A program made the translations under genes and the position numbers. A stretch of 55,340 bases of DNA from Meiothermus sp. (GTDB lineage: Bacteria; Deinococcota; Deinococci; Deinococcales; Thermaceae), in assembly GCA_033762915.1 (NCBI GenBank), contig JANRLD010000038.1, positions 1-55,340 on the forward strand. Reading direction: 5' to 3'. This document shows, piece after piece, positions 22,277 to 31,098 of this stretch; position 1 is the first letter of the stretch; each line of letters begins with the position of its first letter. The notes beneath the pieces were generated by a model, which was not told the origin of the DNA, searched no databases, and saw only the letters and a program-made list of their open reading frames with translations.

Positions 22277-23086
22277 ATGAACCTGCGCAACGAGTGGGTG
22301 CTGCTGGCGGCGCTGGTGGTGCCGCTGCTGCTGGTCAACTTCCTCCCGCCCGACACCTCGCTAAAGCAGGTGCGCCAGGAGGGCGTGCTGGCGGTCTGCG
22401 TGCCGCAGGACTACCCGCCCCTTTCCACGCCCGATGCGGCCCAGCCGGGCATCGACGTGGAGTTGGTGCGGGCCATCGCCGAGCAGATGGGGCTGCGGCT
22501 CAAGCTCAACCCCAACGCTGCGATGGGGCGCGACATCAACCCGCGCAACTGGCGGGTGACCCGCTCGCAGTGCCAGGTGCTGGCCGGGGGCGTGGTGGAC
22601 TCGGAGGTGACTCGAGGATTCCTCGAGCGCTCCCCCGCCTACCTGCAGACTGGCTGGGCGCTGATTCTCCCACAGCCCCTGACCACCCTACGAGGAAAAC
22701 AGGTGGGCTTCTACGGCGGCATCTCCGGGCTAGATCGGATCGCGCTGGGCCGGTTCCTGCGGGCCCAAGGGGCCGAGGCGGTCAGCGTGGAGCGGGAGCA
22801 AGACCTGGAGCAGGGCCTCGAGCAAGGCCGGTTCGCCGCAGGTGTGGGGGAGTCGCTCTCGCTGCGGGCAATGGCGGGCGGCAGGGGCTGGAAGGTCGAG
22901 TGGCTGCCCGAGGAGTTGGGCCGCTACCCGTTGGTGCTGGGGCTGTGGAAGGGCGACCTAACCCTCAAGCGGGCCCTGGTGGAGGCGATGCAGCAGACCC
23001 TGCGGGCAGGGAGGCTCGAGCAAATACTGGGCCACTACCGCCTGGCTGAGATCGCCCCGGAATGCACGGTCTGCTCGAGGCCTTAG
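22277..23086 (+). CDS. MxaJ/XoxJ-like quinoprotein-associated substrate-binding protein
   Basis: LAVCVP.DYPPLS, PGIDVEL..AIA, C.VL.G, S.AY..TG; C-terminal CTVC. Confidence 0.7.
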   Translation: MNLRNEWVLLAALVVPLLLVNFLPPDTSLKQVRQEGVLAVCVPQDYPPLSTPDAAQPGIDVELVRAIAEQMGLRLKLNPNAAMGRDINPRNWRVTRSQCQVLAGGVVDSEVTRGFLERSPAYLQTGWALILPQPLTTLRGKQVGFYGGISGLDRIALGRFLRAQGAEAVSVEREQDLEQGLEQGRFAAGVGESLSLRAMAGGRGWKVEWLPEELGRYPLVLGLWKGDLTLKRALVEAMQQTLRAGRLEQILGHYRLAEIAPECTVCSRP

Positions 23087-23327
23087 GGTTGGGGGCGGGC
23101 TGCGGCAGTTTTCGACCATCGCGCTGCAACACCTCGAGGCGATCTGCGAACCGCCGCAAGCTGCGCCAGGGCAGAGTTGCCAGACGGCCCAAGGCCGTCA
23201 ATACCTGCCTGGCGCAATTCCCTAAGAGTCTCCATAGCTGGGATGCGAAATGCCGCCCGGCAGCCCGCTAGGGATCTGCGCCTTTAAGCCCTCGCTGCCG
23301 AGGTCGCGTATAGGGTTTCGCAAACGC

Positions 23328-23417
23328 ACAGCGGTCGCCACCATTACGCCTCACGCGGTGAGGCGTAACCCCGCACATTCGAGTCTGTGCGTGCGGGGTA
23401 TTCGTGGGAACCGCTGT
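23328..23417. repeat. 90-bp MITE-like structured element
   Basis: Terminal IRs ACAGCGGTCGCCAC / GTGGGAACCGCTGT; internal hairpins TTACGCCTCAC-GCG-GTGAGGCGTAA and CCCCGCAC...GTGCGGGG. Confidence 0.6.
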
Positions 23418-23431
23418 CACTATGGCGCAAC

Positions 23432-25234
23432 TTAAGGGAGTTTGGGATCAGCATCGCGCAGTTCAACTTTTGTGACACCTGGTAGAGGCGTTCGGGCCCG
23501 CCCTCGAGCGCTCACGGGGGGCACATAGCGCACCCACAGACCCGCCAGGAAGAGCAGCAGGCCAAGCAGCACCAACCCAGGCCAGGCGGGCCGGGTCTCC
23601 CAGCGAAAGGCGGTGCCCGGGGCAAACAGGTTGTCTGCGCTCAACAGCAGTCTTCCGCCGGTCGCTTGGCTGATGCCAAGCAATACCTCGCTGCCCTCGC
23701 CGAAGGCGTAGCGGGCCGCAGCGGCGGGCAGGACTTGGGTGGAGACGACCTGGGGCGGATCGGTGTTGGCGCCGACCTCCAGCCCGTACACCTCGGCCCC
23801 CTCGGGAATCGCCGAGGCGGTGTAGCGGCCCGGAGTTTGCTCTTGCAGGGCGAAGGCCTGAGTGTTCAGCTTTGCCCTCAAGGTCAGCCCTGTTTGCGGG
23901 GTGGAATCGGGGTTGATGGCCTCGAGACTCAGCTCGAGTTCGTCCCCCCGGTAGCGGGTCTGTAGGTTCAAGCCGGCCCTCGCGGTGGGCTGCAAGAGCT
24001 GATGGATGACCTGCCCCCACATCCGCGGGAACTCCGGCAGGCCGGTCCAGCCGTCGGCCCAGGCCCCGACACCCTGAGAGGTGAAGGCCACGACCTGACC
24101 CAGCCCGACCCTCCATGAGGCCAGCACCGGGGCCTGCTCCGGCCCAACCAGGTGCAACCGGGCGGCCGGCTTGGCGGTGGTCAGCACATAGCCGCCCAGC
24201 GCCGGCAGTGCGTCGGGCCAGCCCTCGAGCAGCCCGTGGTCGGCGTCCGTCCAGCGCGGCACGAAGGGCGCCCGCTTGACCGGCGTGGCCGAGAGCAGAA
24301 GTGCCTCCTGGGCCAGGATGCCGGGCAAGGCCTGCCAGTTGGTAGTGACGTGGGCCGCCCCCCGGCCCAGCCGGGCCAGCCGCTCGACCAGCGCCACGTC
24401 CGCCCCCTCCCCGATGGCCACGGTGCTGAGGTTGATGTTTTCTCTGGCCATCTGCGCCACCACGCCGTCGAAGTCGCCCAGGTCGGACAGCCCGTCCGAG
24501 AGCAGCACCACGTGCCGGGCCAGCGAGTCCACCCCGCGCATCTGCTGGTAGGCGGCCACCAGCGCGGGGTAGAGCGAGGTTCCGCCCCCGGTCTGTACGC
24601 TCGAGAGCCTCGCTTCGAAGAAGCCCTGATTCTGCACCAACTGTACCGGCACCACCGTCTCGGCCTGGGCGTCGAACGCCACCACCCCGGCCAGGCTCTC
24701 GGGGTGGAACTGCCGCACCGCCTCGAGGATGGCCTGCACTGCGATCTCCACCCGGCGCGTGTTGCCGTCGCCGGTGGGCTGGTTCATGGAGCCCGACTTG
24801 TCCAGCACGAAGAGCATCGCCACCTTGGGGGCCTCCTGGGGAATCTTGCTCGATAGCGGCGAGAGCCGGTCTAGGGCGGTGCGGTAGTAGCCGCCCGGCC
24901 CGAAGCTGTTGGCCCCGCCCAGCAATAGCAGGCCGCCGCCCTGGTCCCTAACCCAGACCTCGAGGGCCTTCTGCTGCTCGACGGTGAGGCGGGTGGCGGG
25001 GAGGTTCATCAGGATCGCAGCCTCGTACGCCGCCCAGCCCTCGAGGTTTTTTGGCGCGTCGTCGGGGGGCCTGATCTCGACCTCCAGTCCCTGAATCTTT
25101 AGCGCGCGCTGCAGCAGTCGGGCGGGGGCGATCTCGAGGGCCAACAGGGCCACCCTGGGCGATGGGGCCACCATCACCGAGAGCGAGCGACGGTTGTTCT
25201 GTGGGAAGGTGTCGCGGCGTAGGGTCGTTTGCCT
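23432..25234 (-). pseudogene. 5'-truncated paralogue of the C-terminal half of the large VWA protein (GATase-like + VWA + TM)
   Basis: Shares SFGPGGYY.TALDRLSPLSS..P.EAPKVAMLFVLDKSGSMNQP with 34632..39023. Homology (DTFPQNN vs DTFTQNN) continues upstream of the first start codon (25177), and the frame is closed by TAG at 25235-25237. Confidence 0.65.
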
Positions 25235-25369
25235 CTACCGCGCCGCGTCAAAAAATATTTGATACTTGAAATTTACTGTAGCCAAGATTATAGTTTTTTC
25301 AAACAAAGCCAAGAACGCTCCGGAGTTCTCATGAGAGTTCCTCTGGACGTGTGGTTGCGGGAGGTGTAC

Positions 25370-26263
25370 GTGAAATCAAAGAAGATTCGGGTGGTCGTCT
25401 CGCTGTGTCTGCTGGGGTTAGGGGTAGGGGTGGTGGCCCAGCACGACTCGACCGGAGCGACCGTCTCACAGGTGGCCTCAAAGGCCGTGTCTGACGGGGT
25501 ATACACCGCCCGCCAGGCCGACCGGGGCAAGGCCATCTACGCCGCGCAGTGCGCCATGTGCCACGGCCCGGCCATGGCCGGCGGGGCCGCACCGGCGCTG
25601 GCGGGCAACGCCGCGCTGGCCCGCTGGAAGGAGAAGACCGTCGCGGACGTGTTCACCGCCATCAAGGTCCGCATGCCGGTGGGCAAGCCCGGCTCGCTGA
25701 CCTTCCAGCAGGCCGCTGACGTCACCGCCTACATCCTCCAGGTCAACAAGTTCAAGGCCGGAAACGCGCTGCTGGCGCAGGACGCCAAGGCCCTCAGCGA
25801 CATTGCCTTCGACAAGGCCGCACAGGCCGCCGCAGTCAAGGCCGCGCAGGCCGCGCAGGCCCAAGCCCAGGCCGGCCAGAATCAGGCCGCCGCCCAAGGT
25901 CCCGCCTCCGGCCCCCGCACCACCGCCAACGGGGTCTTCACCGTGGCCCAGGCCGACCGCGGCAAAGCCGCCTACACCAACCCCTCCAACGCCTGCTCAG
26001 GCTGCCACGGGGTAGACCTGGGCGGCAGTCCTGGCGGCCCCAGCCTGGCGCGCGGAGCCTTCAGGAACAACTGGGGCGGCAAAACCGTGGCCGACCTGTT
26101 CACCAAGGTCAAGACCATGCCGCCGGGCCGGGCCAACACCCTCGAGGAGTCCGCCTACCTGGACATCATCACCTACATCCTCCAGGTCAACGGCTACCCC
26201 GCCGGGGCCGCCGAGCTTACTGCCAACCTGGATGATCTCAAACAGATAACGATCCCCAAATAG
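25370..26263 (+). CDS. Periplasmic di-heme cytochrome c (two class I domains)
   Basis: CAMCH and CSGCH, each with GV[YF]T..QADRGK before and a distal MP after; signal peptide; GGAGG before GTG 25370. Confidence 0.9.
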   Translation: MKSKKIRVVVSLCLLGLGVGVVAQHDSTGATVSQVASKAVSDGVYTARQADRGKAIYAAQCAMCHGPAMAGGAAPALAGNAALARWKEKTVADVFTAIKVRMPVGKPGSLTFQQAADVTAYILQVNKFKAGNALLAQDAKALSDIAFDKAAQAAAVKAAQAAQAQAQAGQNQAAAQGPASGPRTTANGVFTVAQADRGKAAYTNPSNACSGCHGVDLGGSPGGPSLARGAFRNNWGGKTVADLFTKVKTMPPGRANTLEESAYLDIITYILQVNGYPAGAAELTANLDDLKQITIPK

Positions 26264-26360
26264 GTTTTAACAGGCGTATGCCCGAAAGGAGGGGCACGGA
26301 ACAAACAAGCGTAGGTGGCTGCCGTTCGGCTTTTCGGCTCAAAACTTTCGGAGGTTGTTG

Positions 26361-28100
26361 ATGAAGAAATTGCTACTACTTTGGGTCTGTGCGGCGATGT
26401 TGCTCGCCCATGTCGCCGTCGCGCAGTCCGATGCCCAGCTCAGGAATCCCTTGCCCGGCGACTGGCTGATGTATGGCCGCACCTATAACTCCTGGAGCCA
26501 TAGCCCGCTTAATCAGATAAACACCCGGAACGTGACCCGCCTGCGCTTGGTCTGGTCTCGAGCCATGGAGTCGGGCTGGAACGAGGGCACTGCGCTGGCC
26601 TCGGGCGGTCTGGTTTACGTACCCAACAACGGCGGCGTGATCCAAGCCCTTAACGCCAAGACTGGCGACCTGGTCTGGGAATACCGCCCCAAGAATCCCG
26701 AGCGCGACAAGTTTGTGAACATCCTGGCGCAGATCAAGCGCGGGCTGTTCTTGTACATGGGCAAGGTCTACACCATCACCATGGACAACAAGGTGGTGGC
26801 CCTCGACGCCAAGACCGGCAAGGTGGTCTGGGAGACCGACCGCGGTCAGGGCCTCGAGGTCACCTTCGCCTCAGCGCCCATCGTGGCCAACGGCGTAGTC
26901 ATCACCGGCAGCTCCTGCCAGTTCTCCGGCTTCGGCTGCTACGTCACCGGCCACGACGCCCAGACCGGCGAGGAGCTGTGGCGCAACTACTTCATCCCCC
27001 GCAAGGGCGAGCCCGGCGACGAGACCTGGAACAACACCGCCTTCGAGAGCCGCTGGATGACCGGTGCGTGGGGCCACATCACCTACGACCCCGAGACCGA
27101 CATCGTCTACTACGGCTCGACCGGCACCGGCCCGGCCTCCCCCACCGTGCGCGGCACTCAGCCCGCCAGCGGCGACGTAGTGACCGGCGGCCCTGGCTCA
27201 CAGGCTGGCACCAACACCCGATGGGCGATTAAGCCCAAGACCGGCGAGGTGGTCTGGAAGCGCCAGCTGCTGCCCGGCGACTCCTGGGATCAGGAATGCA
27301 CCTTCGAGATGATGCTGGTCAACAGCCGGCTCAACCCCCGTCCCGACTCGGTATTGGCTGTTAACCCCGCCATCCGCGCCAACGAGACCCGCAAGGTACT
27401 GGCCGGGGTGCCCTGCAAGACTGGCATCTTCTGGAACCTCGACGCCCGCACCGGCGACTTCATCTACGCCCGCTCGACCGTCGTCCAGAACATGATCTCT
27501 AAGATCGACACGCGGGGCAATGTCACCCTCAACAACGCCAGCATCCTCAAGGAAGTGGGCAAGGCGTACGAAGTCTGCCCGACCTTCGTGGGCGGTAAAG
27601 ACTGGCCCCCGGCGGCCTACGACCCCAGCATCAACGCCATCATCGTGCCCCTCAACAACGCCTGCTCGGAGATGAAGGCCAACTCCTCTGAGCCCACCCC
27701 CAGGGACGTCTACGCCACCACCAACACCTACAAGCTGGCCCCCGGAAAGACCAACATGGGTCGCCTCGAGGCCATCTCGGTGGAAACCGGCAAGACCCTG
27801 TGGACCTACGAGCAGAAGGCCCCCAACTACACCCCCGTCCTCACCACCGGTGGCGGCCTGACCTTTAGCGGCGGGGCCGACTCCCGCTTCCGCGCCCACG
27901 ACACCAAGACCGGCAAGCTCCTCTGGAGCACCCGTCTGCCCTCCGCCATCTCCGGTGGCATGATCAGCTTCCTGGCCGACGGCAAGCAGTACGTCGCCGT
28001 GATCGCGGGCGGTGGCCTGGCCGAGGGCATCCTCAGCGCCGGCCTCGGGGTGGACGTGAAGACCGGCTCCAACGCCATCTTCGTCTTCGCCCTCGAGTAA
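26361..28100 (+). CDS. PQQ-dependent alcohol/sugar dehydrogenase, sorbose dehydrogenase / DepA-like
   Basis: Signal peptide; repeated A.DAKTG..VW docking motifs; SSCQFSGFGCYVTGHD, WRNYFIP, SRWMTGAWG, WDQECTFE, CPTF.GGKDWP. Confidence 0.9.
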   Translation: MKKLLLLWVCAAMLLAHVAVAQSDAQLRNPLPGDWLMYGRTYNSWSHSPLNQINTRNVTRLRLVWSRAMESGWNEGTALASGGLVYVPNNGGVIQALNAKTGDLVWEYRPKNPERDKFVNILAQIKRGLFLYMGKVYTITMDNKVVALDAKTGKVVWETDRGQGLEVTFASAPIVANGVVITGSSCQFSGFGCYVTGHDAQTGEELWRNYFIPRKGEPGDETWNNTAFESRWMTGAWGHITYDPETDIVYYGSTGTGPASPTVRGTQPASGDVVTGGPGSQAGTNTRWAIKPKTGEVVWKRQLLPGDSWDQECTFEMMLVNSRLNPRPDSVLAVNPAIRANETRKVLAGVPCKTGIFWNLDARTGDFIYARSTVVQNMISKIDTRGNVTLNNASILKEVGKAYEVCPTFVGGKDWPPAAYDPSINAIIVPLNNACSEMKANSSEPTPRDVYATTNTYKLAPGKTNMGRLEAISVETGKTLWTYEQKAPNYTPVLTTGGGLTFSGGADSRFRAHDTKTGKLLWSTRLPSAISGGMISFLADGKQYVAVIAGGGLAEGILSAGLGVDVKTGSNAIFVFALE

Positions 28101-28320
28101 CCTCCAACTCCCTAGCGCAGCCGGGTTGGGAGCCTCCGCTTCCTCCCCGGCTGTTCTAGAGAAAGGCCGAAGGCCCAACAGGTGCGGCGAAGGTCTCGAG
28201 TCTGGAAGTTTGGCTTGGCGTGGAACGGTTTTGCGCACCGGCCAACTCCTTACAGCTAGCGGAAAAACATTGGAGTTTCGTTTCTGGGAAAGCGTACCTA
28301 CGTATGAAAGAGGTTGGGTT

Positions 28321-29292
28321 TTGAAGGTTCTCTCTTTTCTGGCCGTGACAGCCGCTTTGGGGCTGTTGTTTTGTGGTTCTCCTGCGCACGCCCAAGCCCA
28401 AGCGCCGGTAGTGCCCAGGGACCTGCTCGAGAACCGCCGGGCCGTGCAGGGCGATACCATCTCGTTTTGCGTACACCCCAAGACTCTGGCCGCCGGGTTC
28501 AACCGGGCCGTGGCCACCGAAATCGCCAAGTCCCTGCTCTCTAAAGCCACTTTTCACAACATCACCCCCTCCGCCGTGACCCAGCCGCTCGACTACAGCT
28601 ACCCCATCAGCGAGTCGGAGCTGTTGGTCTATCTGACCGACTTCTGTCAGGTCTTCACTGGTTTCAATTTGGTCACCGATGCCGGCCCGGAGTGGCTTTC
28701 GTACAGCCGCCCCTACGTCCGCACCGGATTCGTGCTGGCCACGCTCAAACCCGAGTACAGCCGCCTCGAGGACATCCCGGTGGGCGGGAACATCGGGGCG
28801 CGTTTCCTGTCTGCCGCCGATCTGAAGTTCCTCTCCTACCTACAGACCCTCCCCGAGGACAAACGCTGGCGCAGGGTTAATCTGTTCAACAACCAAGTCT
28901 TGCTTGAGAAACTTTTCGACGGAACCCTCGAGGCCGCCATGATCTGGGAGCCCGCGCTCAGGCAGGGCCTCAAGGGCAACCCCAGGTCCGACGCGGTGCG
29001 GCTGATCTCGATGGGCAGCTTCCAGCCCCCCACCATCAATTTCGGGATGGCCGTGCGTTCCAACGACACCTACCTTCGCACCCTCCTGGATCAGGCCATC
29101 GAGAGCATCATCAAGGACGGCACGCTCGAGCGGCTGCTCGTTGAGTACGAAATCCCCGGCACCCCAGGAGACCTGGAGGCCAGTTCAAGCGGCCCGCCGT
29201 CCAGAAGCAATCTACTGCCCATCGTGATTGTGGTGGCGGTGGTGCTGGCAGTGCTGGTCGTGGTGAGCCGGAGGAGGCCCCGTCGGGCCTGA
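28321..29292 (+). CDS. Second MxaJ/XoxJ-like substrate-binding protein with C-terminal TM anchor
   Basis: Signal peptide, FCV, C.VF.GF, SRPYVRTGFV, AMIWEP; ends with a TM helix plus SRRRPRRA. Confidence 0.75.
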   Translation: MKVLSFLAVTAALGLLFCGSPAHAQAQAPVVPRDLLENRRAVQGDTISFCVHPKTLAAGFNRAVATEIAKSLLSKATFHNITPSAVTQPLDYSYPISESELLVYLTDFCQVFTGFNLVTDAGPEWLSYSRPYVRTGFVLATLKPEYSRLEDIPVGGNIGARFLSAADLKFLSYLQTLPEDKRWRRVNLFNNQVLLEKLFDGTLEAAMIWEPALRQGLKGNPRSDAVRLISMGSFQPPTINFGMAVRSNDTYLRTLLDQAIESIIKDGTLERLLVEYEIPGTPGDLEASSSGPPSRSNLLPIVIVVAVVLAVLVVVSRRRPRRA

Positions 29293-29311
29293 GGTTGAGG
29301 AGCAAACATCT

Positions 29312-31042
29312 ATGCGTCGAATTGTACCCATCCTGGTGATCGCAGTCTTGGCGGTCGTGGCGTTCCTCGTCTATAACACCACCCGGCCCGCTCAGAGCGG
29401 CAGCCAGGGCGGCGCGGTCTCACTTCAAAACCCCGACCCCGCCGACTGGCCGATGGGCCGCCGCAGCTACGACGGCTTCGGCTACAGCCCCCTGAGCAAG
29501 CTGACCAAAGACAACGTGGGGCAGCTCGAGTTCTCCTGGTCCACCGCGCTGGGCCAGGGAGCCGTCGCCGCTACCCCCATCGTCGCCGGGGGTGTCCTTT
29601 ACCTGCCCCAGCCCAACGACACCGTAGAGGCTTTCGACGCCAAGACCGGCGACCGGCTGTGGATTTACGCCCGTCAGCTGCCCAAGGACGTAGACGCGAA
29701 CCAGCTCTACGTGCAGCGCACCGCCCGAAACCTGGCGATCTTCGGCGATAAGGTGTACCACGCGACCTCTGACGGCTACGTGATCGCCCTCGAGGCCAAG
29801 ACCGGCAAGCTGGCCTGGGAGACCCAGGTCGGCGATTACAAGCAGATGGCCCAGGTCTCGGGGCCTCTGATCGTGGGGGGCAAGGTCATCACCGGACGGG
29901 CCTGCGGGGCCGGGCTGGGGCAGGGCTGCTTCATCGTGGCCCACGACGCAACCAGCGGGGCGGAGGCGTGGAAGACCTCCCTCGTCCCCAAGGGCAACGA
30001 CGCGGGCTGGGGCGACTTGCCAGATGAAAAGCGCCAGCAGGCCGGCGCCTGGCTTACCGGCAGCTACGACCCCGAGCTGGACCTGATGTTCTGGGGCACC
30101 TCGGTGCCGCTGCCGCTGGCGGAGTCGGCCAGGGGAACCGGCAGCGCCGACCTGAGCTACACCAACTCGACCCTGGCCCTAAAACCCGACACCGGCGAGA
30201 TCGTCTGGAGCTTCCAGCACCTGCCCCGCGACAACTGGGGCATGGATCACGCCTACGAGCGCATAGTCGCATCGGTGGAGGTTTCGCCAGACGCCAGCGC
30301 GGTGCGGTGGGTCAGCCCCAAGCTGACCGCGGGCGAGACGCGCAAAGTGATCACCGGCATCCCCGGCAAGACCGGCCTGCTCTACACGCTGGACGCCAAG
30401 ACCGGCGAGTTCCTCTGGGCCCGGGAGACGGTCAGCCAGAACGTCATCAGCGACCTCGACAAGGAGACCGGAAAGCCCACCTTGAACGAGGCGGTGGTGC
30501 CCAAGGCCGGAAGCAGCGTGGGGGTCTGCCCCTCAAGGCTAGGCGGCAAGAACTGGGCCAGTGCGGCCTACAACCCCGACCAGAAAGTGCTGTTCATTCC
30601 GCTGGTCAACGCCTGCATGGAGGCCACCGTCTCGGGCGACGCGGTAGAGGGTACGCTCAAACCCGCCGCCAGCGACGCGGGAAACCTGGGAGTGCTCGAG
30701 GCCATCTCGGCCTCCACTGGCAAGACCCTCTGGCGCTTCACCCAGCCTGCCCCGCTGAGTTCGGTCCTGGCCACGGGCGGGGGGCTGGTGTTCGTGGGCG
30801 ACGCCAACCGCCGATTCAGCGCCTTCGACGCCCAGAGCGGCGAGCGCCTGTGGGACACCGCTCTCAGCGGCCCCGTGACCGGCACCCCCATCACCTACGC
30901 AGTGGGCGACAAGCAGTTCGTGGCAGTGACGCTGGGCGGGGGGACCGACCTGGAAGAGCTCCTCACCCTTACCCCCAACCTGCGCCCCGGCGCGGGCGGC
31001 AACGCCCTGTTCGTCTTCGCGCTGCCCGACGAGAACCAATGA
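29312..31042 (+). CDS. Membrane-anchored PQQ beta-propeller dehydrogenase paralogue, probably catalytically altered
   Basis: N-terminal TM; DAKTG..W repeats; PRDNWGMDH where the paralogue has PGDSWDQEC. Confidence 0.85.
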   Translation: MRRIVPILVIAVLAVVAFLVYNTTRPAQSGSQGGAVSLQNPDPADWPMGRRSYDGFGYSPLSKLTKDNVGQLEFSWSTALGQGAVAATPIVAGGVLYLPQPNDTVEAFDAKTGDRLWIYARQLPKDVDANQLYVQRTARNLAIFGDKVYHATSDGYVIALEAKTGKLAWETQVGDYKQMAQVSGPLIVGGKVITGRACGAGLGQGCFIVAHDATSGAEAWKTSLVPKGNDAGWGDLPDEKRQQAGAWLTGSYDPELDLMFWGTSVPLPLAESARGTGSADLSYTNSTLALKPDTGEIVWSFQHLPRDNWGMDHAYERIVASVEVSPDASAVRWVSPKLTAGETRKVITGIPGKTGLLYTLDAKTGEFLWARETVSQNVISDLDKETGKPTLNEAVVPKAGSSVGVCPSRLGGKNWASAAYNPDQKVLFIPLVNACMEATVSGDAVEGTLKPAASDAGNLGVLEAISASTGKTLWRFTQPAPLSSVLATGGGLVFVGDANRRFSAFDAQSGERLWDTALSGPVTGTPITYAVGDKQFVAVTLGGGTDLEELLTLTPNLRPGAGGNALFVFALPDENQ

Positions 31043-31098
31043 GCTAACCCAGCCTCAACCTAAATCGCCTACCCTGGTAAACAACCCGCCCGTCAGGA

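Noticed and set aside
26361..28100. Calling this methanol dehydrogenase (xoxF/mxaF)
   Set aside because: It lacks the vicinal Cys-Cys and the WDY[DA] motif, and fits the SDH/DepA type instead.
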